Counted from the stretch's first letter, positions 10,380 to 21,450 are shown. The stretch: 64,000 nucleotides of DNA from an uncultured Acidobacteriota bacterium (GCA_963803675.1 CAWDNN010000002.1:1567-65566), one strand, 5' to 3'. Translations and numbers: made by a program. Notes: generated by a model from the letters alone, not told the origin.

Positions 10380-10467
10380 GATTCCGTGCCTATTGTTCGA
10401 GGTTTGCCAACCGCTGGTGGTGTATTCTGCGCGCTTCTTTGAGAACTCGTGAACTCTAGAGCGGAAG

Positions 10468-11751
10468 ATGAAGACTGACGTCTGCGTTCAAAAGCGAGGC
10501 CGCGGCTTCGCCTTGCTCATCGGGTTCGGCTTGTTGTGGCCCGCGAGGGTGGCTGCGCAGCAGCCCCCTGTCCAAACGAGTGCGCAACCCCCATCGCAGG
10601 CGAGCAGAAGGCTGACGCTCCAGGACGCCCTAGGCGTTGCAGAGCGCCAAAACCTCGACCTCGTCGCGGTGCGCTTGCGGCATTCCGTGGCACAGGCGGG
10701 AATCACCATCGCCGGCGAGCGCCCCAATCCCACCGTTTCTTTCGGCGCCACGCGGGACACACCGCACGAATCGCTCTTCTTCGATCAGCCGCTTGAGTTT
10801 GGAGGCAAGCGCGCGCGGCGAATCGAGCAGGCGAAAGAGGAAGTGACGCTGACGGACATCGAGGTCTCAACCGTCGAGCGGCAGGTGCGCCACGACGCGC
10901 GCCAAGCCTTCTATGCCGCCGCGCTCGCGCGCGCATTTGCCGCCCAGCAGAGGGACATCGCCGCGCTGGCACACCGCTTGCACGATATTGCCCAAGCCCG
11001 CTTTGACGCCGGGGACATCCCTCAACTCGAAGTCCTGCAGGCGGAACTGGAAATGAGCCGCGCGGACGCGGACGTCGACGTTGCGCAGCAGGAGCAGCGC
11101 GTCGCCGGCAGTAAGTTGAGCGCAATGCTCAATGAGCCGGCCGACACGGACTGGGAGCCGGTTCCGGGTCTTGCGTCGCCGCCGCCGGACATCTCGATCC
11201 AGGATGCGATTCAACGCGCTTCCGCGGCCAATCCCGAGTTGCAGCACCTTGCGCAAGAGGCGCGCGTCGAGTTGGCGAATGCCCGCAGGCTGCGCGCCGA
11301 GCGCTTTCCGCAGGTTTCGATCGAAGCTGGAGCGGATTTCAACTCACCGCCTGATTTCCAAACCGGGGCCCGGGGCCAGTTAACCGTTGGAGTGCCAATC
11401 TTCTCGCGGAATCAGGGCGAGTTGGCGCAGTCTGATGCAGCTCTGCGCGCGATCGAAGGCGAGGCGGAAGCTACTCGCCGATCCGTGGCGGGAGACGTCC
11501 AGGCGGCTTATTACGAACTCGTTGCCAAGCAAACACAGGTCGCGCTTTACCGGGACAAGGTGATTCCCGCGGGGCGTAGGCTCGAGTCTATGGCGGAGGA
11601 TAGTTACCGCGCGGGCAAAACGAGCATTCTGGCCGTGCTCGATGCTCAGCGAGACGTCCAGCAGAACGAACACGATTACCTGCAGAGTCTTTTCGATTTA
11701 CAGCAAGCGTTTGCCGAGTTGGAACAAATTGTTGGAGTCAATCTGGATTGA
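10468..11751 (+). CDS. TolC/CzcC-family outer membrane efflux protein
   Basis: Signal peptide, then LTLQDALGVAERQNLDL and two OEP-type repeats (LEFGGKRARRIEQAKEE..., IFSRNQGELAQSDAALRAIEGEAEA...). Intact 427-aa ORF, first gene of the efflux operon. Confidence 0.85.
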   Translation: MKTDVCVQKRGRGFALLIGFGLLWPARVAAQQPPVQTSAQPPSQASRRLTLQDALGVAERQNLDLVAVRLRHSVAQAGITIAGERPNPTVSFGATRDTPHESLFFDQPLEFGGKRARRIEQAKEEVTLTDIEVSTVERQVRHDARQAFYAAALARAFAAQQRDIAALAHRLHDIAQARFDAGDIPQLEVLQAELEMSRADADVDVAQQEQRVAGSKLSAMLNEPADTDWEPVPGLASPPPDISIQDAIQRASAANPELQHLAQEARVELANARRLRAERFPQVSIEAGADFNSPPDFQTGARGQLTVGVPIFSRNQGELAQSDAALRAIEGEAEATRRSVAGDVQAAYYELVAKQTQVALYRDKVIPAGRRLESMAEDSYRAGKTSILAVLDAQRDVQQNEHDYLQSLFDLQQAFAELEQIVGVNLD

Positions 11752-12983
11752 TGCTGCGAGCGTGTATGCAAAAGTCTTTTGCAGGAATTTACGGGAACCC
11801 CGCATGGATCTGTTTGAGCGCCGCGATCGTCGCCGCGGGCTTTGGCGCGGGTTGCTCGAAAAAAACTGGCGGCGACGAAGGGGTCGTGGAATCAGTCGCG
11901 CAGGTCACTCTAACCACGGTGGCGCGTGGCGACATCAGCCGCTTTCTGTTGCTCAACGGCAGCGTGGCCGCGCCGCCGAATCTCGACGTGAAAATCAGCT
12001 CGCTCGTTGCGGGCCGCGTCGCCGAGCTCACCGTGGCGGAAGGCGACCACGTTGCCAAAGGCCAGTTGCTGGCGCGAATCGAGGACCACACCTATCGCGA
12101 TCAGGTAACGCAAGCCGAAGCCGCGCTCGCGCAAGCGCAGGCGAATCTCGACAACACCAAGCTGAACTTTGCGCGCGACCAGGACCTCGTGAATCGCGGC
12201 ATCGCCGCACGCAAGGATTTGGAAGACGCTCAGACGCAGCAAGCTGTCGCGCAGGCAGCGCTCAGCCAGGCGAATGCGGCGTTGAGCATCGCGAAGCTCC
12301 AGCTCTCGCGGACGGAAGTGCGCTCGCCGATCGCGGGAACGGTGGTGAAGCGCTCATTGAGCGTGGGCGAGCAGGTGGACGGCACAGCCTCAGCGACCAT
12401 CGTCGAGGTCGCCTCGCTCGACGAAGTCGAGCTGCAGGCGAACGTGCCCGCTGCCGATCTGGCGCGCCTGAAGACCGGCGAAGCCGTAAAACTGACGAGC
12501 CAGGCAATGCCCGGGCACGCATACACCGGGCGCGTCGTCGCGATCTCACAAGCCGTGGACCCAACCAGCAATGCGGGCCTTGTGCGCATTCGAATTCCCA
12601 ATTCGTCGGGCGAGTTACGCCTCGGAATGTTTCTCGCCGCGCAAGTTCCTATTGAGACGCACACCAAGGTCCTCATCGTGCCAGCGCAATCCATCTACAA
12701 GGACGATCAGGGCCAGCCGCGCATCTTTCAGGTAAATGGCGACACGGCTACGGCACAGCCCGTCAAGCTCGGGATTGAAAGTCCAGATAGAGTCGAAATC
12801 ACCAGCGGCGCGAGTCAGGGAGAAAAGATCATTCTCACTGGCGGCTACGGACTCGGCGACAAAGCCAAAGTGGCCCTCCAGGACGCGCCAAACCAGGATT
12901 CCGGCGCGGATAAATCGGGCGACAAGGCCGCGGCGAAGGACGATAAGGACACGCGCGATAAGAAGGACCCTCAGAAACCATGA
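11751..12983 (+). CDS. Efflux RND periplasmic adaptor subunit (HlyD/MFP family), probable lipoprotein
   Basis: The ATG overlaps the upstream TGA. Lipobox-like AAGFGAGCS. Biotinyl-lipoyl and coiled-coil segments (VAEGDHVAKGQLLARIED, LAQAQANLDNTKLNFARDQDL, LSRTEVRSPIAGTVV). Intact ORF. Confidence 0.85.
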   Translation: MLRACMQKSFAGIYGNPAWICLSAAIVAAGFGAGCSKKTGGDEGVVESVAQVTLTTVARGDISRFLLLNGSVAAPPNLDVKISSLVAGRVAELTVAEGDHVAKGQLLARIEDHTYRDQVTQAEAALAQAQANLDNTKLNFARDQDLVNRGIAARKDLEDAQTQQAVAQAALSQANAALSIAKLQLSRTEVRSPIAGTVVKRSLSVGEQVDGTASATIVEVASLDEVELQANVPAADLARLKTGEAVKLTSQAMPGHAYTGRVVAISQAVDPTSNAGLVRIRIPNSSGELRLGMFLAAQVPIETHTKVLIVPAQSIYKDDQGQPRIFQVNGDTATAQPVKLGIESPDRVEITSGASQGEKIILTGGYGLGDKAKVALQDAPNQDSGADKSGDKAAAKDDKDTRDKKDPQKP

Positions 12984-15900
12984 ACGTCGTCCGCGTCTGC
13001 CGCGACAATCGCTATGCCGTATATCTGATCACGGCGCTGCTATTCGGCGCGGGCCTGTGGGCGATTTTCAATCTTCCCAGCAACATCTACCCCGAAGTGA
13101 ATTTTCCGCGAATCATGATCCTGGCGCATTCGGGCGATCTGCCGCCGGATTCGATGTTGATCTCGGTTACGCGCCCCCTTGAGCAGGCTGCGATGGAGGT
13201 GCAGGGCGTGCACCGCGTGAACTCCAAGACCATTCGCGGCGGGTCCGAAATTTCCGTTCTCTTCAATCCCGATGCGGATATGCAGTATTCGCTCCAGCTC
13301 CTGCAGGGGAGCGTGAACGAGGCGCGTGGCGACCTGCCCGACGGCACGGATATTCAAGTCGAGCGCGTGAGCCCGACGGTTTTTCCGGTGCTCAGCTTGA
13401 TTTTGAATGGCGACGTGCCGGGCGCGGATCTGCGCGATCAGGCCTATTACGTCCTTCGTCCCCTGATCAGCCGCATTCCAGGAGTCGGGATCATCGAAGT
13501 GCAGGCGACGGATACGCGCCAGATTCAGGTGGTCGTTGATCCGCAGAAGCTGGTTGCCCATCGCCTTTCGCTGGTGGACGTGGCCGACCGGTTAAAAGCC
13601 ACGAATGAAGTAACGTCGGTGGGTAAGCTACCCAAGAATTATTTGCAATACCTCGATCCTGACGACGGGGCAATTCACAAGCCTCGATCAGATCAGCAAC
13701 ACGGTGATTGACACACAAGGTACGACGCCGGTGCACCTCAGCGACATCGCCGAAGTGCGCGACGGCGTGGAAGATCGCACCGTCCTCGTCACCGGCAATG
13801 GCAAGCCAGCGGCACTCATAAACATCTCCCGGCAAATCGGCGCCAATATCCTGCAGATCGGGACGGACATCCGAAACTTGATCGCCAATCTCGGGAGTGC
13901 GATTCCGAATACTCTTCATATCTCGCTGGTGTATGACCTGGCGCAATTCGTCCGCGATTCGATCGGCAGCGTGCGCGATGCAATCTTGATCGGCGCCGTG
14001 CTGGCCGTGTTGATCCTTTACGCCTTTTTGCGAGAAGGCCGCACCACGCTGATCGCCGCAACCTCGTTGCCGCTGAGTGTGGTGGGGACATTCTTTTTCG
14101 TGAAGCTGCTTGGCGGCACGCTGAACCTGATGTCATTGGGTGGGCTGGCCATCGCCATCGGCTTGATCATTGACGATGCCGTGGTCATCATCGAAAACAT
14201 TTATCGCCACCTCGGCTTAGGGGAGCCGCCCGATGTAGCCGCAGAGCGCGGCACCGCCGAGTTGATCGGCCCGGTGGTCGGCTCGACGGCCACGACCCTT
14301 GTGGTTTTTCTTCCCCTCGGGCTGCTGACTGGCTTCGTGGGTGATTTCTTCCGTTCCTTGTGCATGACGCTGGCGATTTCCGTGATGCTATCTCTCGTGT
14401 TTGCCATGACGCTGATCCCGCTCCTATCGCAGCGTTTCCTTTCGCCTAAAGCCTACCGGCACTCGTCGGGCCGCTTCATCGAGCCGGTGAACCGCGCCTA
14501 TGAGCGCAGCGTGCATTGGGCGTTGCGGAATCGCATTTGGATCGCCGGCGTCACCGTGCTCGCCGTGGCTGGCGGCGTGTTTCTCTACTACCAGCTCGAA
14601 TCCGATTTCCTTCCCGACATGGACGAGGGCGGCTACGTCCTCGACTACATCACGCCTCCCGGCACCTCGCTCGACGAGACCGATTCCATCGTCCGCAAGA
14701 TGGAGGCGCGCATCGCGGCGATGCCGGAGACCGAAGCGTTCTCACGCCGCACCGGCGCGGAGATGGGTCTCTACGCCACGCAGCAGAACAAGGGCGACAT
14801 TCTCGTCAAGCTGAAGCCGCGTTCCGAGCGCGACAAGTCCACCGAAGAGATCATGGACGAGTTGCGCCCCGAAGTGGAAAAGGACGCGCCGGGCGTCGAA
14901 ATTGAATTCACGCAGATCCTGCAAGACATGCTGGGCGACCTGCAAGGCACGCCCGAGCCCGTCGAGGTCAAGCTCTTTGGCGACAACCTGACGACGCTCG
15001 AGAAAACGGCCGGTGAAGTCGGCGGCAAACTACAGAAGATTCCCGGTATTGTGGACTTCAAAGGTGTGCAGAAGGGAAACCCTGAGATTGTGTTTCACGT
15101 GGACCCCACGCAGGCGGGCCGCATCGGCCTAACCGTGGACCAAATCACTCAACAGGTGAAGGCGGGCCTGTTGGGCATTACCGAGACTTCGCTGCGCCAG
15201 GCCGACCGCACGATTGATATCCGCGTGCGCTTCCCGGACAGCTTTCGCTACGACTACAACGACATTGTCCAGTTTCCGGTCGTCACGCGCGGCGAAACAG
15301 GTGGTGCCGCTCGGCTCGGTCGCTTCCGTGGAAAGCGTGCTGGGTGAAAACCAACTCCTCCGCGAGAATCAGCGACTGATGGTCTCGCTGACCGCGCGCC
15401 TCGAAAATCGCGATCTGGGCAGCGCCATCGCCGACGTTCAGAAGATGATGGGCGGCGTCCAGCTCCCCACGGGCATGACCTATGAGATTGGGGGACAGTA
15501 CGAAACGCAGCAGACAATCCTTCAGCCAATTGCTTGGGGTGCTGGGGCTCGCGCTCGCGGCCGTCTTCACCGTACTCGTCGTGCAGTTCCGCGCTTTTCG
15601 CCCGGCACTGATTATCCTTTCCGCCGCGCCGCTCTCGTTGGTCGGCGTCTTCGGGATGCTGGTCGCCACGGGCACGCCGCTCAACGTTTCGTCCCTGATG
15701 GGCATCATCCTGATGCTCGGGCCTGGTGGTGAAAAACGGCATCATCCTGTTCGAATATGTCGGCAAGCTCCGCGAAGAAGAACACATGCCGCTCGACGAA
15801 GCGCTGGCGACCGCCGGCCGCATCCGCGTGCGTCCGATCCTGATGACCACGCTCGCCACGCTCTTCGGCCTACTTCCGCTTGCGCTCGGCCTGGGCTCCG

Positions 15901-16034
15901 GCGCAGAACTGCAAAAGCCGCTGGCGCTCGCCGTGATCGGCGGCCTGTTGCTCTCAACGTTCATCACGCTGTTCGTGATGCCGGTGCTCTACTCGCTGAT
16001 CGAGCGTCACGAAGCGCGCGCAACCACAGGATAG
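12980..16034 (+). pseudogene. Efflux RND transporter permease (AcrB/CzcA superfamily), four frameshifts
   Basis: ATGA overlap with the adaptor gene. The sequence is continuous across ORFs 12980..13711, 13704..15347, 15214..15732, 15482..16141 and 15726..16034, with breaks near 13658, 15300, 15510 and 15722. TM4 motif SLGGLAIAIGLIIDDAVVIIEN; C-terminus VVKNGIILFEY...RPILMTTLATLFGLLPLAL. Confidence 0.85.
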
Positions 16035-16231
16035 CGGCCATGCTGGTCGCTCACAGGAGACCTTGTCGGGGTAGGAGCGCTCATACGTTTCTAGCGTGTT
16101 TTAGCTGCCCGCTTTCCTTGCGGTGGCGTGCTAGTGAGTAGGCGAACGCCTTGAAGCTGACACACCAAGATGTCGCGGCCCCGCAACCTCTGCCCGCGAC
16201 ACCCAGCGCAATGCATGGCTCTACAATTCCG

Positions 16232-17275
16232 CTATTTGCCTACCACAAGAATTGTGAACGAGCCCGGTACCATCTGGCCTCGCCCGCCGCGTCCTCCCGC
16301 GGGAGGCGGTGTCGGTGGTGGAGTGAACTCCGCTGCGATCAGCACGATGTGGTTCGTTTTGCTGTCGAGCGTCAGCGTCTTGGCGCCCGTCATGGTTTGC
16401 ACATTCTGTTCGACGGTGAAGCTGGTGGGGCTGTCTTCCTTGATCACGGTCAGCGTGCCATCGCGCTGGGAGCTGAACGCTTCTTGCGTCTCGGGGTTGA
16501 ACACGGCGCCATCCACGCCATTGCCGATCGGCAAGGTGTCCAGAATCTTGCCGTCGTCGGAGCTGAGGATCACCATCGTTTGCGGATTGTGGCACGCCGC
16601 GAAAAGCACGTGATTCTTCACGTCGAATGCCAGCCCGCCGGGCCCGCCGCCCTTGCCGCCGAGGTCATATTGACCGGTCACCGACATGGTCTTGGCGTCC
16701 ACCACGGCGATCTTGTCCTTGTCTTCCAGATCAACGTACAGATGGCCCTTACCGTCTGTGACGGCCTGCTCGGGAGCGCCGCCCAAATCAATTGTGCCAA
16801 CGACCGAGCCGTCCTTCGCGTCAATCACGGTCGCGTTCGGCGCGCGGTGGCTGAAAATGTAGACGCGCTCGTTAAAGGGGTCGAATAAAATGCCGTCGGG
16901 ACCGCCCTGGACATCAATGGTCTTGATCGTCTCGAGCGTTTTTGTGTCCCACATCACCACGGGCTTGCTGCTGGCGAACCCGTGATGCGACTTAGGATCC
17001 ACCGCGGCGCCGCGCGCGTTCGCATTGGCGATTTCGCCCACGGGCTCGAGCGTATCCAGGTTGAAGACGGTCACACGGGCACCGGTTTGCGCGGGCCGCG
17101 GAATATACAGCCGGCGTCCGTCCGAGTCCGCATAGACATAATCAAAGCCGCCATCACCGCCAACCTTGGCCGTCTTCAGCACCTTGTAAGGACCACTGTC
17201 CTGCGCCTGCGCGGCCAGTCCGCTAGCCGCCAAAATCACGATCCCGGCCACAACCACCAAACAAAATCGTCGCAT
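16232..17275 (-). CDS. YncE-like (YVTN) beta-propeller repeat protein, secreted
   Basis: ATG 17275 is preceded by AGGAGG. Signal peptide MRRFCLVVVAGIVILAASGLAAQAQ. Repeated propeller blades (GPDGILFDP, GGLAFD, GVDGAVFNP). C-terminal PPPTPPPAGGRGGRGQMVPGSFTILVV tail. Paralog of the next gene. Confidence 0.75.
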   Translation of the reverse strand: MRRFCLVVVAGIVILAASGLAAQAQDSGPYKVLKTAKVGGDGGFDYVYADSDGRRLYIPRPAQTGARVTVFNLDTLEPVGEIANANARGAAVDPKSHHGFASSKPVVMWDTKTLETIKTIDVQGGPDGILFDPFNERVYIFSHRAPNATVIDAKDGSVVGTIDLGGAPEQAVTDGKGHLYVDLEDKDKIAVVDAKTMSVTGQYDLGGKGGGPGGLAFDVKNHVLFAACHNPQTMVILSSDDGKILDTLPIGNGVDGAVFNPETQEAFSSQRDGTLTVIKEDSPTSFTVEQNVQTMTGAKTLTLDSKTNHIVLIAAEFTPPPTPPPAGGRGGRGQMVPGSFTILVVGK

Positions 17276-17479
17276 GGACTTCCTCCTCATTGCATCCGCC
17301 ATTGAGCACACGCGATTCACACCATGTTCGACTGAACCTTAAGCTATGCTGAATTTTCAAACTGGACTTTCTGGTTTTCGTGGAACGGGCCGCAGCTACG
17401 CCTCCAGCTAAGGCTGTAGGCCATCAAGCTGACGAGGTGCAACCTCATCTCGCTCGCGCGCGACCGCACACGGGAGAAC

Positions 17480-18562
17480 TTATCGCGGATAGGAGCGCGC
17501 GTAGATCAGCAGCCGGAACGTGCCAGCCAGCGGCTGCGGGCGCTGCGCTCTGCCGCCTGCGGGTGGAGTCGCCGGCGCTGCGGACGGCGGCGGAAAATCA
17601 GCCGTTACCAGAAATACGTTGTCCGTCACAGGATCGAGGGCCATGGTTCGCGCGCCGCGTTCCGTGTCAATTTTCTCGACGAGCGAGAACTTGTCCGGCG
17701 AATCCTCGTGCGCTATGGTCAGCGTGCCGTCGCCGCAGGAGGCATACGCGTAACCCAAGTGCTCATCAAAGCGGTTCGCGTCCACGCCTGAACCAATTGG
17801 GACCGTGCTGACGACCTTACCGTTTGTACCGTCCACAAACGCCATCATGTTGTTGTGGCAGCCGACCACGAGCCGATCGTGCTTGGGATCGATCGCAAGA
17901 CCGGAGGGCGACGAGCAGGGAGCGAGCGGCCACGTGTTCAGCACTTGCAGGGATTTGGAGTCGATCTCGGTAAGTTCGCTCTTGCTTTCAATGTTGATGA
18001 AGATGTGGCCTTTTTCATCGGAGGCCGCCGATTCGGGGCGTCCGTCGAGTTTGATGGTTCCGGCTACTTCACTCGTCTTGGCGTCAATCGCGGTTGTGTC
18101 CTCGCTGCGTCCGTTCATGGTGAAGACGCGCTTGGACGCAGGATCGTAGAGAATTCCGTCGGGGCCGGTGCCGGTAACCTTCACCTGCGCAAGCGGTTTG
18201 AGTGTGCCCAAATCGAAGACGGTGACGTCATTACTGCCGCCATTCGTCGTGAAGCCGCGATTGTATTCATTCGCAATGGCAATGCCGTGGACGCCGGACG
18301 TATTCGGGATGTCTCCCGCAATGCGCCCGTCGGACTCGACCACCATCACGTGCGAGCCGCGCGAAATGAAGACACGATGCGTCGCCGCGTCTACTTCCAG
18401 GTAATCCCAGCCGCCCTCGCCACCGAGGGTGACTTTGTTGATGAGCATGTAGCCGGACGGGCCGGCAGCTGCGGCTTTCACTCGGGTAGAGATCGCCAAG
18501 CTAAGGGCCAAAATCAAGATCGCCGAAAACGGTGGAATCAGAGAAGAGCGAGAGCGCTGCAT
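17480..18562 (-). CDS. YncE-like (YVTN) beta-propeller repeat protein, secreted (tandem paralog)
   Basis: Start MQRSRSSLIPPFSAILILALSLAIS at 18562; the longer ORF reaching 18952 is an upstream run-on. Same blade pattern (GPDGILYDP, SGLAIDP, GVDANRFD) and the same type of C-terminal tail PPPSAAPATPPAGGRAQRPQPLAGTFRLLIY. Confidence 0.75.
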   Translation of the reverse strand: MQRSRSSLIPPFSAILILALSLAISTRVKAAAAGPSGYMLINKVTLGGEGGWDYLEVDAATHRVFISRGSHVMVVESDGRIAGDIPNTSGVHGIAIANEYNRGFTTNGGSNDVTVFDLGTLKPLAQVKVTGTGPDGILYDPASKRVFTMNGRSEDTTAIDAKTSEVAGTIKLDGRPESAASDEKGHIFINIESKSELTEIDSKSLQVLNTWPLAPCSSPSGLAIDPKHDRLVVGCHNNMMAFVDGTNGKVVSTVPIGSGVDANRFDEHLGYAYASCGDGTLTIAHEDSPDKFSLVEKIDTERGARTMALDPVTDNVFLVTADFPPPSAAPATPPAGGRAQRPQPLAGTFRLLIYARSYPR

Positions 18563-18890
18563 CCTAAGACCTCCAGGGGCTGAGTAATTGAGGAACGTAT
18601 ACTTGATCATGCGCCGGCATTCTATACGATGAGCACAGAAGAGAAACCGTTCCTTTTGCGCCTTTTTCGTCGCAGAAGTCGCATGCGCTGCACAACGGCC
18701 CCGGGGCACCGGGCTACACTTCGGCGCCGAGGCGAAACCGGTAGCTCGGGGTGCGTCGAGCTTGGCCGGCGCGGCGATCCCGAGGCGTTTCCTCGGCGTA
18801 CCGGGGATCAACGGCAGCACGTTGCAACCCGGGGTATGCTGTCTAGTGCGTCCAGCAGCCCACTTCTTGACGATTGTCTTGCGAGGATGG

Positions 18891-19811
18891 ATGAGGAGAC
18901 CGATGACGGTAATGCTGGTCTGGATAGCAATGCTGATTGCGGCGGTGGGCACTGCTACGGCGGGCCGCGCGAGGCCGACCGTGGAATCGCCGGCGCGGGC
19001 GCAGGTGGAAGAACTGATTCACGCCAGTGGCGCTGAAGTCGGACTGGCGTTTCAGATGCTCGATGGCAGCCAAGAATTATTCCTCAACGCGGACTTACCG
19101 TTTCATGCGGCGAGCACCATGAAAGTGCCCGTGATGATCGAACTCTTTGCCCAGGCGCACGCGGGCAAGCTCAGCCTTGACGATCCACTCATGATTCACA
19201 ATCAGTTCAGAAGCCTGGTGGACGGCAGTCCCTATACCCTCGACGCCGGCGACGATTCCGACGCCGACATCTACAAAGCCATCGGCACCACCTGGACCTT
19301 GCGCCAGCTTTGCGAAGCCATGATCACCCGCAGCAGCAACCTTGCAACGAACCTCATCATCGAAAAAATAGGCGTGGACAACATTCGCGCGCGCGTTCAC
19401 AGCCTTGACGCTGACGGGATGCAGGTGTTGCGCGGGGTCGAAGACAACAAAGCTTTCCAGAAGGGAATGAACAACACGACAACGGCCCGCGGGCTTCTGG
19501 TCCTGCTGAAGGCCATCGCGGAAAATCGCGCGGGGGATCCAGCGTCATGCGCGGAAATGCTGGCTATCCTGAAGCGGCAGACATTCAATGAAGCGATTCC
19601 CGCCGGGCTGCCGCCGGGGACGGGCGTCGCGCACAAGACCGGCGAGATCACCGGCGTTCATCACGACGCGGCCATCGTTTACGCGCGACATCCGTTCGTG
19701 CTCGTTATTCTGGTGCGGGGAATCAACGATCGCGACAAAAGCTCAGCCGTGATAGCGAATCTAACGCGCGCGGTCTATACCGCTTCGCAGCAAGGCGCAG
19801 CGACAAACTAA
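18891..19811 (+). CDS. Class A beta-lactamase-family serine hydrolase, secreted
   Basis: Motifs appear in the canonical order: ASTMK (SxxK), SSN (SDN-like), HKTG (KTG). N-terminal hydrophobic signal MRRPMTVMLVWIAMLIAAVG. An alternative start lies at 18903. Intact. Confidence 0.75.
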   Translation: MRRPMTVMLVWIAMLIAAVGTATAGRARPTVESPARAQVEELIHASGAEVGLAFQMLDGSQELFLNADLPFHAASTMKVPVMIELFAQAHAGKLSLDDPLMIHNQFRSLVDGSPYTLDAGDDSDADIYKAIGTTWTLRQLCEAMITRSSNLATNLIIEKIGVDNIRARVHSLDADGMQVLRGVEDNKAFQKGMNNTTTARGLLVLLKAIAENRAGDPASCAEMLAILKRQTFNEAIPAGLPPGTGVAHKTGEITGVHHDAAIVYARHPFVLVILVRGINDRDKSSAVIANLTRAVYTASQQGAATN

Positions 19812-19850
19812 ATTCGTGGGCAACGCTTGGAAACAAATCCGGAGGTCAGA

Positions 19851-20777
19851 ATGACAAGACACGCCTGGTGGCGGCTCTTCGCGCTCACCTGTGGTGCACT
19901 GCTGATTGCGTGCGTCGCATCCGCACACACGCTGGAACTGAAGGATGGCCGCCTGCTCGTGGGAAAGTACGTTGGCGGCACGGCGAACACGATCAGGTTT
20001 TCGGTGAAGGGAGACGTCCAGGTCTTCCAGTTGGACCAAGTCGTCTCGCTGACGTTCACCAACGATCCTGACCAAGGCCCTGACACTCCGCCCCCTGCGC
20101 CGCAGGCTTCTGCGGACGCGCCTCCTCCCATTCCGCCGCCGGTTAGCGCTCCGCCTCCGACAGAAGCGCCGCCCCAACCAGGAGCACCGCCTCAAGCGTC
20201 GGCTTCGCCCTCACTCGTGACTCCCCCTCGGGCGGCAAATCCGGGCAGCCAGATCACCGTGCCCGCCGGAGCCTCACTGCTCGTACGCATGATTGATAGC
20301 GTGGATTCGTCGAAGAATCAGGTGGGAGACAAATTTCACGCCAGCCTCGATGCCGATCTGGTCGTCAATGGCGTCGTGGTCGCGCGGCGCGGCGCGGACA
20401 TCTATGGCAGGCTGACGACAGCGGAGTCCGCCGGACACATCGAAGGCAAGTCCGAACTGCGGCTCGAGCTCACAGACATCTCGATCAACGGTCAGTTGCG
20501 GCCCATCGTGACGGGAGATTATTCGCTCGCCGGAAGCTCTCGTGGTGAAAGCTCGGCAAAGAGAATCGGGGGGGCCACCGCGGGCGGCGCCATCCTAGGG
20601 GCCATTCTCGGCGGCGGCAAGGGGGCGGCGATCGGAGCTGGAGTCGGCGCCGGTGCGGCCACAACCGTGCAGGCCACCACGCGTGGGGAGCAGGTAAAGG
20701 TCCCGAGCGAAACGCTCCTCGAGTTTCACCTGGACCGCCCGCTGACCACCGAGCCTTCGACTGCCGCGCCCCGGTAG
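19851..20777 (+). CDS. Hypothetical secreted protein: small N-terminal domain, Pro-rich linker, C-terminal domain ending in a glycine zipper
   Basis: GGAGG lies 6 nt upstream of ATG 19851. Signal WWRLFALTCGALLIACVASA. Linker PDTPPPAPQASADAPPPIPPPVSAPPPTEAPPQPGAPPQ. Gly zipper GGATAGGAILGAILGGGKGAAIGAGVGAGA. I recognise no family. Confidence 0.6.
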   Translation: MTRHAWWRLFALTCGALLIACVASAHTLELKDGRLLVGKYVGGTANTIRFSVKGDVQVFQLDQVVSLTFTNDPDQGPDTPPPAPQASADAPPPIPPPVSAPPPTEAPPQPGAPPQASASPSLVTPPRAANPGSQITVPAGASLLVRMIDSVDSSKNQVGDKFHASLDADLVVNGVVVARRGADIYGRLTTAESAGHIEGKSELRLELTDISINGQLRPIVTGDYSLAGSSRGESSAKRIGGATAGGAILGAILGGGKGAAIGAGVGAGAATTVQATTRGEQVKVPSETLLEFHLDRPLTTEPSTAAPR

Positions 20778-20903
20778 CTTATCGTGGACGGTTGATCGAG
20801 GAGGTATCTTTTCCGCGCGTCACACTCACGCGAAGGGAAGAATCCGCTTGCGCCCGGGTGAGCGACTCCGTAAGATACCCGCGATCAACAGAGTGGGTCC
20901 AAC

Positions 20904-21326
20904 GTGCCAAAAGAAAAACCAAAGGTAAATATCGGGCAAGTGATTCGTTCTTATCGCGGCCAGCGAGGACTCTCGCAGGGAGACATTGAGCGCCGCACCG
21001 GGCTTCTGCGCTGCTATCTCTCGCGCGTCGAAAACGGCCACACGGTGCCGTCGCTCGAGACGCTCGCAAAAATTGCCGAAGCGATGGACATGGCTTTGGC
21101 CGATTTCTTTCCGGGCGCCGAAACGCCGCGCGACCGCGAAACGCAGAAAATGTTGGGCGAGCTGTCCGAAGATGAAATCCGCTTTCTTTCCGAGATCAAG
21201 AAGTACAGCTCAACGCTCTCCGATGGCGATAAGCGCCTGGTGCTGGCCATGATTCGCAAGATGGCCACGATTGCCCCTCCGATGCCGCCTCCGCGCAAAA
21301 TGGTCGCGCGCCGCCCGTCGCTTTAG
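20904..21326 (+). CDS. XRE-family helix-turn-helix transcriptional regulator
   Basis: IGQVIRSYRGQRGLSQGDIERRTGLLRCYLSRVENGHTVPSLETLAKIAEAMDMALADFF is a typical HTH_3/XRE domain, followed by a ~70-aa C-terminal extension. GTG start with no obvious SD. Confidence 0.7.
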   Translation: MPKEKPKVNIGQVIRSYRGQRGLSQGDIERRTGLLRCYLSRVENGHTVPSLETLAKIAEAMDMALADFFPGAETPRDRETQKMLGELSEDEIRFLSEIKKYSSTLSDGDKRLVLAMIRKMATIAPPMPPPRKMVARRPSL

Positions 21327-21450
21327 CAGACCGCTGGAAAAGCCGCTCTTTGTCGCCTCTTGCAGCTTGGGTAGGCACACCGGTTTAGGTCAAACGAAAT
21401 TCGGCCCACCCTAACACGCAGACTTTCACGATGAAGTTTCGGGAGCGCTA

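Noticed and set aside
16151-18583. Long plus-strand ORFs 16151..16888 and 17855..18583
   Set aside because: They are antisense shadows of the two YncE-like genes in GC-rich DNA. The translations are low-complexity (H/R/G/V-rich) and lack recognisable motifs, starts or SD sequences.
17480-18952. N-terminal extensions suggested by the ORF track (17480..18952, 33822..35132, 36082..36660, 45941..47788, 48709..49845)
   Set aside because: The upstream portions are non-protein-like and overlap neighbouring genes or promoters. Internal Met codons with SD sequences and signal peptides or conserved N-termini give the starts used in the feature table.
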